Position numbers and translations under genes: made by a program
Source: an uncultured Acidobacteriota bacterium
Lineage (GTDB): Bacteria > Acidobacteriota > Thermoanaerobaculia > UBA5066 > DATFVB01
Assembly (NCBI GenBank): GCA_963813155.1
Contig: CAWEYG010000001.1
Span: 448,001-512,000 of the forward strand
Length of the DNA stretch: 64,000 bases
Direction: 5' to 3'
Part shown: one piece after another, positions 51,332 through 61,942 of the stretch
How positions within the stretch are numbered: the first letter of the stretch is position 1
How the letters are laid out: the number at the start of each line of letters is the position of its first letter
Notes under the pieces: generated by a model
The model's database searches: none
Told to the model about the DNA's origin: nothing
Seen by the model: the letters and a program-made list of their open reading frames with translations, nothing else

Positions 51332-53554
51332 CTAGCCCTGGGACGCCGAAATCTCGCGATTCGCGAAGTCCAGCCGATCGGCGAGCGCGCGCACCACGAA
51401 CCGGTGGAACGCGAGGGCGAGCTGAGGATCCTCGGCCTCCATTCGCTCGAGAGACGAGCGGGACAGCCGGAGCACCTCGGTGGGCTGGTCCGCGAGAACG
51501 CGCGCGCCGCGTGGCGCCGTGCGGTAGAGGCCCATCTCTCCGACGATCGTGTGCCGGTGCATCGATCGCAGCCGCGACTCGTTCCCCTCGGGAGAGCGAA
51601 AGATGACACTGACCCGGCCGGAGGAGATCAGGCAGAGAAACTCCGCCGGGTCTCCCTGGACGAAGAGCGTGTCGCCCGCCCCGTACGACACCGCTTCGAG
51701 GTAAGCGCCGAGCCGTCGAAACATTTCCGGTCCGCCCATCTCGTGGACGAGCCATTCTTCGGCGGACCGCTTCGCGTCTTCGGGCCCGGTCCGCTCCTCG
51801 AGCAGGCGTTCCTCGCACCATTCGAGCGCGGCGTCGAGCTCGCGGAAAACCTGGCAGGCTCCGTCCCCGGCGCGCAGCAGGCCGCCCGAACGGAGCTGCC
51901 CCCCGACCCTCGAGCCGAGGCCGGAGAGCACGAGGACGAAGCCCTCGCGCTCGGCGAACTGGCGCATCTTGACGAGCACTTTCACGGCCGACGTGTCGAT
52001 TCCCAGGACATGGCGAAAATCCAGGATCACCCGGCTGCAGGCCCCGCGACCCCGAGTGGACACGGTTTTTTTGACGTGCTGCAGGAGCGCGTTCACGCTC
52101 CCGAAGAAGATGAAGCCCTGGAGCCAGATGATCTGGATGGCGTGGCCGTTGCGAACGAGCTCGCGCGTCTCGCCCACGGATCGGAGCACGCGGCTCCCGA
52201 ACTGGCTTCGGTCCTTTTCCTGCCTCACGAGGCCCACGCGGCTCGTGTTGATCGCGAACGTCACGCACGCGGCGATGATGCCAAGAGCCACGCCCGCGAT
52301 GAATCCCTCGATCGCGATCGCGAGCAGGATGATGACGACCTGCGCGTAGTCCGCGCGGTCCATGCGCTTCCATCCCTGGACGAACCAGTCGTCGAGGAGA
52401 TCGGCCCCGAGCCGGATCAGCATTCCGCCGAGGATCGGAATGGGAACCCAGCCGAGCGCGCCCGTCCCGAACGCGAGCGCCGCGAGGCACAGGGCCGCCG
52501 CGACGGCTCCGCCGAGGCGGCTGCGCGCGCCGTTCTGGTAGTTGAACAGCGTTCGACTGAGCGAGAGGGTCCCCGCCATGCCGCCCGCGAGCCCCGCGGC
52601 GAGGTTCGCAATTCCGTTCACGCGCAGCTCTCGGTCGATGTCGACGTCGTCGCCGAACTGCGTGTCGACCTCGATCGACGTGATGCCGAGCACCAGGGTG
52701 AACGCCGTCACGACGATGAGGGCGATCGCTCCGCCCGTTTCTCTCAGCAGAAGAGCCGCCGGGGGCGCCTGCCAGTGGCGGGCGAGCCAGACGATCGGAA
52801 TCACGGCCTGCCGCGGCATCTTCAGCAGCCAGCCGGCCGCCTGGGCGTCGCCGATCGAAATGCCCGCCAGCGCCCGGCCGGCGTGGGCCAGCGCGATCGT
52901 CCCGACCAGAAGGGCCGGAAAGGCGATTCCCCTTCGGCTTCGCTCAGTCGCGGCGAGGGCAAGCGCAAAGAGGATCCCCGCGCCGAGCTGCGCGAGCCGG
53001 ACGGGCGTCGCGAGCTCCCGGAGAGTCGCCCACCCCGGCTCGACGCGGGTGAGAATGCGCACCGCGCTGACGATCAGGAGCCAGCCGGAGGCCGCCATGA
53101 ATCCCCCGACGACGGGAAAAGGAACGAAGCGGATCCACCGGCCGATCCGGAATCGGCCGCAGAGGTAGAGGACGAGGCCGTTGAGGATCGCGGCGCCCAC
53201 CAGAACGAGGAGAGCGATCGCCGCGGTTCCCTCCGCTCCGCCCGCGAGGTGAAGCGACGCGGCGGAGCCGGCGACGCCGACGGCCATCAGCGCCAGGACC
53301 GCCGTGGGCTTGGAGTCCGGCCCCCCCACCGCGAAGGGAATGCCGCTGCGGGCCGCGAAGATCGCGGCCGAGATCGCCGCGCCGAGCAGGCCGTATCCGA
53401 TTCCGACGGGAAGAAACGCCGCCAGGGGCCCGGAAAAGACGGCGGCGGCGTAGCTGACGGAAGACGCGATCAGGAAAATCGCGGTGAGGAGACCGGCGCC
53501 GATCTCTTTCGATCGCGCGATCGGAACGCTGCCGCGGTCAGCCGTGTCGTTCAT
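51332..53554 (-). CDS. SulP/SLC26 transporter with STAS and cNMP-binding domains
   Basis: [14 protein letters not shown]...[12 protein letters not shown] (STAS), VGEMG.Y...R.A (cNMP). Confidence 0.92.
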   Translation of the reverse strand: MNDTADRGSVPIARSKEIGAGLLTAIFLIASSVSYAAAVFSGPLAAFLPVGIGYGLLGAAISAAIFAARSGIPFAVGGPDSKPTAVLALMAVGVAGSAASLHLAGGAEGTAAIALLVLVGAAILNGLVLYLCGRFRIGRWIRFVPFPVVGGFMAASGWLLIVSAVRILTRVEPGWATLRELATPVRLAQLGAGILFALALAATERSRRGIAFPALLVGTIALAHAGRALAGISIGDAQAAGWLLKMPRQAVIPIVWLARHWQAPPAALLLRETGGAIALIVVTAFTLVLGITSIEVDTQFGDDVDIDRELRVNGIANLAAGLAGGMAGTLSLSRTLFNYQNGARSRLGGAVAAALCLAALAFGTGALGWVPIPILGGMLIRLGADLLDDWFVQGWKRMDRADYAQVVIILLAIAIEGFIAGVALGIIAACVTFAINTSRVGLVRQEKDRSQFGSRVLRSVGETRELVRNGHAIQIIWLQGFIFFGSVNALLQHVKKTVSTRGRGACSRVILDFRHVLGIDTSAVKVLVKMRQFAEREGFVLVLSGLGSRVGGQLRSGGLLRAGDGACQVFRELDAALEWCEERLLEERTGPEDAKRSAEEWLVHEMGGPEMFRRLGAYLEAVSYGAGDTLFVQGDPAEFLCLISSGRVSVIFRSPEGNESRLRSMHRHTIVGEMGLYRTAPRGARVLADQPTEVLRLSRSSLERMEAEDPQLALAFHRFVVRALADRLDFANREISASQG

Positions 53555-53663
53555 TCTTCCGGTCCGGCGGATTCTAGTTCACCGTCGCGGGCCGGGATGT
53601 GAAGTTCCCGTGAAGCCTGCGAGGAAGGATCCGATCCGCTCGGGCGGGACTAGAATCCCAGGC

Positions 53664-54299
53664 ATGCACGAGACACTGAACGACGAAGCCCTGGACCGGA
53701 TCTTCCGCACCGCCCGGACGCACAGCGCGTGGCTGGACAAACCGGTCGGCGACGACACGTTGCGCCGGCTCTACGACCTGATGAAATGGGGCCCGACGAG
53801 CGCGAACACCTGCCCGGCGCGGTTCGTCTTCCTCCGGTCGCCGGAAGCCAAAGAGAGGCTCCGGCCGGCGCTCGCCCCCGGCAACGTCGAGAAGACGATG
53901 AAAGCACCCGTCACCGCGATCATCGCCTACGACCTCCTGTTCTTCGAGAAACTGCCGAAGCTGTTTCCGCACAGTCCCACCATGCGCGATCATTTTGCCC
54001 GGAACCCCCAGCTCGTCGAGGTCACCGCGAAGCGCAACTCCTCGCTGCAGGGGGCATATCTGCTGATCGCGGCCCGTGCGCTCGGCCTCGACTGCGGCCC
54101 GATGTCCGGCTTCGACAACGCGAAGGTGGACGAGGAGTTCTTCGGCGCCGGCAAGGAATGCGAGGGGTGCGAGCAGGAGTTCTTCCCGGCCGGCCACGTG
54201 AAGTCGAACTTCCTCTGCAACCTTGGCTACGGGGACGCTTCGAAGCTCTTCCCCCGCGGACCGCGGCTGGCTTTCGAAGAGGCCTGCACGCTGCTGTAG
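53664..54299 (+). CDS. rutE: RutE-like nitroreductase (malonic semialdehyde reductase family)
   Basis: [41 protein letters not shown]. Confidence 0.88.
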   Translation: MHETLNDEALDRIFRTARTHSAWLDKPVGDDTLRRLYDLMKWGPTSANTCPARFVFLRSPEAKERLRPALAPGNVEKTMKAPVTAIIAYDLLFFEKLPKLFPHSPTMRDHFARNPQLVEVTAKRNSSLQGAYLLIAARALGLDCGPMSGFDNAKVDEEFFGAGKECEGCEQEFFPAGHVKSNFLCNLGYGDASKLFPRGPRLAFEEACTLL

Positions 54300-54339
54300 C
54301 GCCTCGCTCCAGGTGTATTCTCGACCCGGAGACGCTTCG

Positions 54340-56031
54340 ATGACCGACACGGCCAGAACTCCCGTCATTTCCCAACTCTCCTCCGAGCGTTTCGCGGAGA
54401 TGTTCCCCACTCTCACGGCGGAACAGGTCCGCCGGGTGGCCGCGGTCGGGCGAGCACGCCCCGTCGAGGCCGGCGAGGTGCTCGTCGAACCGGGCGACCA
54501 CGACGTTCCCTTCTTCGTCGTCACGCGCGGAGAGCTCGAAATCGTCCGGCCTTCGAATCCGAACGAAGGAGAGATCTTCATCGCCGCGGTCCAGCCCGGA
54601 ATGTTCACAGGCGAAGTCAGCATGCTGTCCGGGCGCCGGGTGATGGTCCGGATCGGCGCGAGCGCGGCCGGCGAAGTCGTCGAGGTCGCTCACGACCGGC
54701 TCCTGACGCTCATCCAGACCGACGCCGAGCTGGGCGAGATCGTGTTGAAAGCCTTCATCCTTCGCCGCGTGGACCTGATCGCGCACGGATTCGGCGACGT
54801 CGTGCTGCTCGGCTCGAACCACTGCGCCGGGACGCTTCGCCTCAAGGAGTTCCTGACTCGAAACGGACATCCCTACGCCTTCGTCGACCTCGATCGGGAA
54901 GACGACGTCCAGGCGCTCCTCGACCGTTTCCAGGTCGCGCTCGAAGACGTGCCCGTCCTGATCTGCCGCGGCAAGACCGTGCTCCGCAATCCGAGCAACC
55001 AGCAGATCGCCGACTGCCTCGGCCTGAATGCCGCGATCGATTCCGAAAAGGTCCGCGACCTCGTGATCGTCGGGGCCGGACCCGCCGGGCTCGCGGCCGC
55101 CGTCTACGGAGCCTCGGAAGGGCTCGACGTGCTGGTCGTGGAATCCAACGCTCCCGGCGGCCAGGCCGGGCTCAGCTCGAAGATCGAGAACTACCTCGGC
55201 TTTCCGACCGGCATTTCGGGCCAGGAGCTCGCGGGACGCGCTTACACGCAGGCGATCAAGTTCGGCGCGCAGCTCGTCGTCGCGAAGGGGGGCAAGCGCC
55301 TCGCGTGCGCGCGGAGGCCGTATGCGATCGAGGTCGAGGACGGCTCCCGGGTAGCGGCGCGCGCGGTCATCCTCGCGACCGGCGCCGACTATCGCCGGCT
55401 CGCCGTCGAGAACCTGTCCCGGTTCGAAGGGGCGGGCGTTTACTACGGCGCGACGTTCGTCGAGGCGCAACTGTGCAAAGCCGAAGACGTCATCGTCGTC
55501 GGCGGGGGAAACTCGGCCGGCCAGGCCGCGATGTTCCTCTCGCAGACCGCGCGGCGCGTCTACATGCTCGTGCGTTCGACGGGCCTCGCGGCGAGCATGT
55601 CGCGGTACCTGATCCTCCGCATCGAGCAGAACCCCGCGATCGAGCTGCACACGTCGACGGAGATCGAAGCGCTCGAAGGAGATTCGCGCCTCGAGCGGGT
55701 GCGCTGGCGCGACAAGACCGCGGGCAAGGCCGAGACGCGGGAGATCCGCCACGTCTTCGTGATGACCGGCGCGGTGCCGAGCACGGGCTGGCTCGATCGC
55801 TGCGTCGCGCTCGACGAAAAAGGTTTCGTCAAGACCGGGCCGGACCTGTCGCCCGAGGACCTCGCCGCGGCGAAGTGGCCGCTCCAACGTCCGCCGCACC
55901 TGCTCGAGACGAGCCTGCCCGGAGTTTTCGCGGTCGGCGACGTGCGCGGGGGCAACGTGAAGCGGGTCGCTTCGGCCGTCGGGGAGGGATCCATCGCCGT
56001 GTCGTTCGTGCACCGGGTGCTGAGCGAATAG
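54340..56031 (+). CDS. cNMP-domain / glutaredoxin-like / TrxB-like FAD oxidoreductase
   Basis: FP.L, FTGE, GAGPAGLAAAVYGASEG, SSKIENYLGFPTG, GGGNSAGQAA, GDVR...KRVASAVGEG. Confidence 0.92.
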   Translation: MTDTARTPVISQLSSERFAEMFPTLTAEQVRRVAAVGRARPVEAGEVLVEPGDHDVPFFVVTRGELEIVRPSNPNEGEIFIAAVQPGMFTGEVSMLSGRRVMVRIGASAAGEVVEVAHDRLLTLIQTDAELGEIVLKAFILRRVDLIAHGFGDVVLLGSNHCAGTLRLKEFLTRNGHPYAFVDLDREDDVQALLDRFQVALEDVPVLICRGKTVLRNPSNQQIADCLGLNAAIDSEKVRDLVIVGAGPAGLAAAVYGASEGLDVLVVESNAPGGQAGLSSKIENYLGFPTGISGQELAGRAYTQAIKFGAQLVVAKGGKRLACARRPYAIEVEDGSRVAARAVILATGADYRRLAVENLSRFEGAGVYYGATFVEAQLCKAEDVIVVGGGNSAGQAAMFLSQTARRVYMLVRSTGLAASMSRYLILRIEQNPAIELHTSTEIEALEGDSRLERVRWRDKTAGKAETREIRHVFVMTGAVPSTGWLDRCVALDEKGFVKTGPDLSPEDLAAAKWPLQRPPHLLETSLPGVFAVGDVRGGNVKRVASAVGEGSIAVSFVHRVLSE

Positions 56032-56041
56032 CTTGACCGCG

Positions 56042-57656
56042 ATGGACGGTCAACTGAATTCTCCGGCCGCGGCGCCGGCAAGCCCGTGGCGGCCGCTGAA
56101 GACCCGCGTCTTTCGCGATCTCCTGCTCGCCAATTTCGTTTCCGACATCGGGGCCTTCATGCAGGGAGTCGGCGCCGCCTGGCTGATGGTGTCGCTCAAG
56201 GCGGGCCCGCTGAACATTGCGCTCATTCAGACCGCCTCGGCGTTGCCGTTCTTTCTCCTCGTGCTTCCCGCGGGCGCCGTGGGCGACATCGTGGACCGCC
56301 GGCGGCTGATCCTCGTCACGGAGTGGTGGATGCTTGCGGCCGCGCTCGTCCTCGCCGTGCTCACGTTCCTCGGCATGATGACGCCGTGGCTTCTTCTGGC
56401 GTCTGACGTTCCTCCTGTCCGCGGGAGACGCCTGCGAAGCTCCCTCCTGGAGGGCGGTCCTTCCCGAGCTGGTCCAGCGCGAGGACTTCGCCTCGGCCTC
56501 GGCCCTGAACGGAATCGAGTTCAACCTCGCCCGGGCGGTCGGCCCCGCGCTCGCCGGGCTGCTCGTCGCGGCCGCCGGCGCCGGAACGGCGTTCGCCGTG
56601 AACGCCGTGTCGTTCCTCGGCGTCATCGTCGTGATCCTCCGGTGGAAACGGCCCGCCCGGCAAAGCACGGCGCCGGCCGAGACGCTCGGGGGCGCGACGG
56701 TCGCGGCGTTCCGCTACGTTCGGCATTCGCCGGCGATCCGGATCGTGCTCGTGTGGGCGGGAACCGTGATGTTTTTCGCGTCGGCCCTGATGGCGCTTCT
56801 CCCCGTGGTCGCCCATCGGCTGAGCGGGAGCTCCCTCGGCTACGGGTTGCTCCTCGCGTTCTTCGGGTCCGGCGCGGTGGGCGGGGCGATGGTCATGCCG
56901 CGGTTGCGCGCCCGTTTTTCGACGCCCTCTGTCCTTTCGCTCGCTCTGGCCGCGCTGAGCGCCGCGCTCCTGGCAACCGGCGCCGTTCGGAGCCTGCCCG
57001 CGCTTTGCGCTTTTCTGATCTTCGGGGGAGCAGCGTGGATCGTCTTCATCTCGACGCTCAACACGATGATGCAGCAGCTCGCCCCCTCGTGGGTTCGGGC
57101 GCGCGTGCTCGCGGCGTTTCTCCTGGTCTTTCAGGGAAGCGTGGCGCTCGGGAGCATCGTCTGGGGCCTCGCCGCGGAGCGGCGAGGCATTCCTTTCGCG
57201 CTCACGCTCGCGAGCGCGGGGACTGCCGCTTCCATCCTGCTTCGCTTCGTCGCGCGCCTGCCGAACGCGGACCTCGACGTGACCCCCTGGGTTCACTGGA
57301 ACGCGCCCCCGGGCTCGCTCCAGACCGGCGCGGGCGACGGACCGGTCCTCGTGACCGTCGAGTACCGCGTGGACCCGGAGCACGCCGCGACGTTCCTCGA
57401 AGCCGTCCACCGGCTGGGGCGCCTGAGACGCCGCGACGGCGCCTCGCGCTGGGGAATCTTTCGGGACACGGAAACCCCCGACCGGTACGTCGAGACCTTC
57501 GTGGTGAGCTCCTGGGCCGAGCATCTGCGCCAGCACGAGCGGTCGGTGCACGCGGATCGGCCCGTGGAGGAGGCCGTCCAAGGCTCGGCGCGGGAGAAGC
57601 CGACCGTCCGGCACCTTCTTTACGCGCGGCGGGACGAGTCTCGATCCTCTGGCTGA
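56042..57656 (+). CDS. MFS_3 (DUF894) transporter with C-terminal domain, indel near 56400
   Basis: AG.VGD..DRRR, FNLAR.VGPA, RRRDGA..W..F.D, SW.EHLRQHER. Confidence 0.88.
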
Positions 57657-57726
57657 TCGATCGGTCTCGCGAAGGTATAGATTAGGCCAAGATTCCTGCA
57701 CCCTGTTGTGAACGGAGTCACGAGAC

Positions 57727-58430
57727 ATGACGATCGAGATCCAGCGAGCCGAGGAACGGGGCCGCACGGAATGGGGATGGCTCGACAGCCGGCACACCTT
57801 CGCCTTCGGCGAGTACCACGACCCCGGGCGCATGGGATTCCGCGCGCTGCGGGTCTTGAACGACGACCGCGTCCAGCCCGGCCAGGGCTTCGGCACGCAC
57901 GGTCACCGCGACATGGAAATTCTGTCGTACGTTCTCGAAGGAGCGCTCGAGCACAAGGACAACGCCGGCGGCGGCGGCGTGATCCGCCCGGGTGAGATCC
58001 AGTTCATGCGCGCGGGCACAGGCGTGATGCACAGCGAGTTCAACCATTCCGCGACCGAGCCCGTGCACTTCCTCCAGATCTGGATCATTCCCGACACGCG
58101 GGGTCTCGCGCCGGCCTACGGACAGCAGGCGTTCGACCGCGAAAAAGCGAGCCGGTCCTTCGTGCTGCTCGCGTCGAGGGACGGTCGAGACGGAAGCATC
58201 CGGATCCAACAGGATGCGGACGTCTGGGTCGCGCTCCTCGGCGAAGGACAGAAGCCGCGAGCTCGCGATCCGGCCCGGACGGGGCGCGTGGGTCCACGTC
58301 GCGCGCGGATCGGCGTCGCTCAACGGAAATCGGATGCGCGAGGGAGACGGCGCGGCGGTCACCGTCGGAGGAGACGCTGCGGCTCGTCGGAGAGGGATCC
58401 GCCGAGGTGCTTGTTTTCGACCTGAAGTAG
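57727..58430 (+). CDS. Pirin family protein (YhhW-like), indels in 3' part
   Basis: WLDSRHTF.F, LRVLNDD, GFGTHGHRDMEI.SYV, M.AGTG..HSE, LQIW. Confidence 0.92.
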
Positions 58431-58434
58431 ATCC

Positions 58435-59826
58435 ATGAGAACGTCGCGCGGCCTCGCGGCCCTCGCGCTTTTCGCCCTCTCCTGCACGGCGCACGCTCCC
58501 CTGCGGTCCGTTCCGGGAGCCGTCGTCACGTCTTCCGAGAGGCTCGGCCGCCCCGAGGGGCGGAAGGAAGCGGCGCGCCATTCGATCGAGCGCCATCCCG
58601 ATTTCACGCTCTCGTTCGTGGAATTCGACGACCAGGGCCGCTTCTGGGACCGGAGACAGCTCGAGGAGCTCGAACGGACGCTCGAAGCGGAATCGAGAGC
58701 GGCGGACGGGCGGGTGATCGTCGCGGTTTTCGCGCACGGCTGGGAACACGACTCCGCCGTCTGCGACGAAAACGTCGCTTGCTTTCGCGCTTTTCTCGCG
58801 CAGCTCGCGCGCGACGCCGGGGCGCTCACGCGATTGTCGGCGGGGCGGCTCGCTCCGCGAAGAGTCGTCGGCGTCTATGCGGGATGGCGCGGGCGCTCGG
58901 GAACCGTTCCGGTCTTGCGCGAGCTCACGTTCTGGGCGAGGAAGCGCGCGGCGCTGCGGATCGGCGGGGGCGACCTGATCGAGCTCCTGACACGCGTCGA
59001 CGCCTTCGTGAAGAGGACGAACGTCGACGGAGCCGATCGGGCCCACATGATGACGATGGGCCACAGCTTCGGCGGGACGATGGTCTACGCGGCGCTCGCG
59101 AACATCCTGAAGGCGCGGCTCGTCGAGGCGCTCGACCGGCAGGACAATCCGGATCCGCGCGCGACGATCGTCCAGGGCTTCGGGGACCTCGTCGTCCTGA
59201 TCAACCCCGCCTTCGAAGCGTCGCTCTACCTCACGCTGCACGAGCTGTCGAATTCCTTGAAAAGGCTCTCGCCCCTGCAGGGACCGGTCCTCATCACGAT
59301 CGAGTCCGAAACGGACCGACCGAACCGGACGTGGTTCCCGCTCGGCCAGATGCTCGCGACACTCTTCAATCGGGCCGCGAACCGGACCGAGCGAATCGCC
59401 CTTCGGACGGCGGTCGGCAACGACAAGGATTTCTGGGACTATCGACTGACGGCAGCGCCCGGCGAGCCGACGCCTCCTCGCGCAAGCTCCGACTCGTTCG
59501 GCGCAAGCGCCAACTGTTCGTGCGATCTGAACCTCGAGACGAGCGACGCCGAGTTTCGGAGCCTGCTGTCGATTCTGGCGCCGCCCGTATCGGACCGCCG
59601 GGAAAACGGGTCGGCCTCGCCGGCCCTCCCGGACGGAATCGCCCGATACGGAAGAGCGGAGCTCACCTGCCTCAAGCCCCACGACCGCCGCAGCCCTTTC
59701 TGGGTCGTCCGCGCGAGCGACGAAGTGGTCCACGAGCACAGCGGAATCTTCACGAAGTACCTCATGGACTTCATCCGCCACGTCATCCTCGAAGAGCTGG
59801 AACGAGAGGGCCGAGCCGGCCGGTAG
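58435..59826 (+). CDS. Lipoprotein, alpha/beta-hydrolase-like
   Basis: Lipobox ALSC, VEFDDQG, HGW, GHSFGG, NPA.EA. Confidence 0.75.
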   Translation: MRTSRGLAALALFALSCTAHAPLRSVPGAVVTSSERLGRPEGRKEAARHSIERHPDFTLSFVEFDDQGRFWDRRQLEELERTLEAESRAADGRVIVAVFAHGWEHDSAVCDENVACFRAFLAQLARDAGALTRLSAGRLAPRRVVGVYAGWRGRSGTVPVLRELTFWARKRAALRIGGGDLIELLTRVDAFVKRTNVDGADRAHMMTMGHSFGGTMVYAALANILKARLVEALDRQDNPDPRATIVQGFGDLVVLINPAFEASLYLTLHELSNSLKRLSPLQGPVLITIESETDRPNRTWFPLGQMLATLFNRAANRTERIALRTAVGNDKDFWDYRLTAAPGEPTPPRASSDSFGASANCSCDLNLETSDAEFRSLLSILAPPVSDRRENGSASPALPDGIARYGRAELTCLKPHDRRSPFWVVRASDEVVHEHSGIFTKYLMDFIRHVILEELEREGRAGR

Positions 59827-59912
59827 GTCCTCGGCGGTGGACTTCGAAGTGGCTCTTTTCCGCGTCCGGATTCCGCCAGACAATTTCCCGGAGGCGAGAG
59901 AGAGTCCGAAGC

Positions 59913-60854
59913 ATGAAACATCCTTCCCGAGCAGCCGTGATCGCGGGATTCGCCGCGATCTACTTCGTCTGGGGCTCGACGTACCTCGCGATCAAGTTCG
60001 CGGTCGTCACGATCCCCCCGTTCCTGATGGCGGGAACGCGACACCTGGCGGCCGGAGCGATCCTCTACCTCTACGCGAGGCGCAGCGGCGCGCCGAAGCC
60101 GACCTTCGCGAACTGGAAGGCCGCCGCATGGATCGGCGCGCTGCTTCTGCTCGGCGGCAACGGCCTCGTCTCCTGGGCCGAGCAGCGCGTCGCGTCCGGC
60201 CCGGCTGCGCTCATCGTCGCGTCCGTCCCGCTGTGGATGGTCGCGTTGTCGGCCGCCGGAGACAGGCGTCGCCCCGCGCTGCCGGTGCTCGCCGGCCTCG
60301 CGCTCGGCCTCGGGGGCATCGCGCTGCTCGTGCTGCCCGCGCGCAACGGTTCCCGCGGCGGAATCGACCCGCTCGGCGCGGGCGCGCTGCTGCTGGCGGC
60401 GCTGTCCTGGTCGATCGGCTCGCTCCGGAGCCGCCGCGCCGCGCTGCCGACCTCCACCCTTCTCGCGACCGGCATGGAAGCGCTCGCGGGAGGAGCGGCC
60501 CTGTGGATCGCGGGACTCGCGGGGGGCGAGGGCGCGGACCTCCGCCTGGCCTCGATCACGGCCCGGTCGGCGATTTCCCTGGCCTACCTCATCGTCTTCG
60601 GCTCGGTCATCGGGTTCTCGGCCTACGTCTGGCTCCTCAAGGTCGCGAGCCCGGAGCGCGTCTCGACGTACGCGTTCGTCAACCCGATCGTCGCGGTTTC
60701 GATCGGCGTCGCGATCGGCGGCGAGGCGATCACGCCGCGCATCGCCGGCGCGGCCGGGGTCATCGTCGGCGCGGTCGCGCTGATCCTGCGGTTCGGGAAG
60801 GCGCGCGCCGCGAAGAGCGAAGAGCCGCCGGAGCAGGCGTGCGAGGTGGGATAG
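59913..60854 (+). CDS. EamA/DMT transporter (YedA-like)
   Basis: IY.VWGSTYLAI, YL..FGS..F.AY.WLL, YAFVNP.VA. Confidence 0.93.
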   Translation: MKHPSRAAVIAGFAAIYFVWGSTYLAIKFAVVTIPPFLMAGTRHLAAGAILYLYARRSGAPKPTFANWKAAAWIGALLLLGGNGLVSWAEQRVASGPAALIVASVPLWMVALSAAGDRRRPALPVLAGLALGLGGIALLVLPARNGSRGGIDPLGAGALLLAALSWSIGSLRSRRAALPTSTLLATGMEALAGGAALWIAGLAGGEGADLRLASITARSAISLAYLIVFGSVIGFSAYVWLLKVASPERVSTYAFVNPIVAVSIGVAIGGEAITPRIAGAAGVIVGAVALILRFGKARAAKSEEPPEQACEVG

Positions 60855-61095
60855 AAGACTCGCACGGCCGGGAGCGCGGCCAGGTCGCTGAGGCGAGTCT
60901 TCGGTGCCTCCCTCGAGGAGACGCAGCGCGCCCGGCGGTGGCATCCTGTCCGTGCGCGCTCCTCGGGCAAATTTTTTCGCGGCAACGACTTCGCTGGTTC
61001 AAGGTCGTTTTCAGCGAAAAAACATACGCTCCTCTCGGGAGGCACCTGTGACCCGCCTTACGCCCGGCTGCGAGGACTCGCCGAGCGAAGCTCTG
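60852..61095. repeat. Mosaic MITE-like element, copy G
   Basis: Inverted m4 (GAGTCTTCGGTGCCTCCCTCGA) near 60895; right end GCCGAGCGAAGCTCT. Confidence 0.6.
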
Positions 61096-61119
61096 GTACG
61101 CTATCCGCGAGGTAACGCG

Positions 61120-61698
61120 ATGACCTGGATCAAGACCATCCCCATGGCGGAGGCGGACGAAAAACTCAAGCGCGCGTGCGAAAAACAGCGCGAGTTGTAC
61201 CCCGCCGAATACGCGGAGTCGGTTCCCGGGGCCGAGATCCGGCGGGACGGCGAGATGTCGGGCGTCGTCGGAGCGCACAGCCTCATTCCCGACGCGCTCT
61301 ACCACGCGTTCGCGACGTTCGGTGTGCTGATGTCGCCCGAGCTTCCGCTGACCCGACGCCAGCACGAAATGATCACGACCGTCGTCTCGGCCGTGAATCG
61401 CTGCGTCTATTGAACGGAGTCTCACGCAGAGTTTCTGCGTCGGGTGACTCTGGACGAGGAGCTGGTCGGGGCGCTGCGCGCCGACTATCGGAAGGCCCCG
61501 ATCAACGAGCAGGATCTCGCGATGCTCGATTTCGCCGCCCAGCTGACGAAGGATTCCACGAAGATCCAGCCGCGCGACCATGACCGGCTGAGGGAAGTCG
61601 GCTTCGACGACCGCGGCATCCTGCAGATCACGCTGATCGCGTCGTGGTTCAACTACATCAACCGCGTCGCGGACGCGCTCGGAGTCGGGAGAGAGTAG
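61120..61698 (+). CDS. AhpD/CMD-like peroxidase-related protein, probable selenoprotein (CxxU)
   Basis: NRCVY-TGA-TESH continues in frame to [13 protein letters not shown]; hairpin immediately after the UGA. Confidence 0.85.
61414..61452 (+). promoter_or_regulatory. Putative bacterial SECIS
   Basis: GAGTC..ACGCAGA-GTT-TCTGCGT..GACTC; G-led loop about 17 nt after the UGA. Confidence 0.7.
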
Positions 61699-61895
61699 AG
61701 TTCGCTCGGCCCGCTCGGGCCCAGCGCCGGCTCGGCAAGCGGGTCCTGTCGCGAGACTCGCCCCACTTTTCCGCTCGCTGCGATTTGAGGACTTTGCTAC
61801 GACTCCGCGCCGCGAGCGGCAAAAGGGGGTCTTGCCCCGCGCCACCCGCCCTTCTACCGCCGGCGCATTAGCTCCGTCGCTCTCGGGCTTTCGCT
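61696..61895 (+). repeat. Mosaic MITE-like element, copy F
   Basis: TAGAGTTCGCTCGGCCCG left end overlapping the stop codon; modules m1+m2. Confidence 0.8.
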
Positions 61896-61942
61896 CAGGG
61901 GTTGGCCGCGAATGAGGCATCACTCTTGCTCTACGGGACGGC

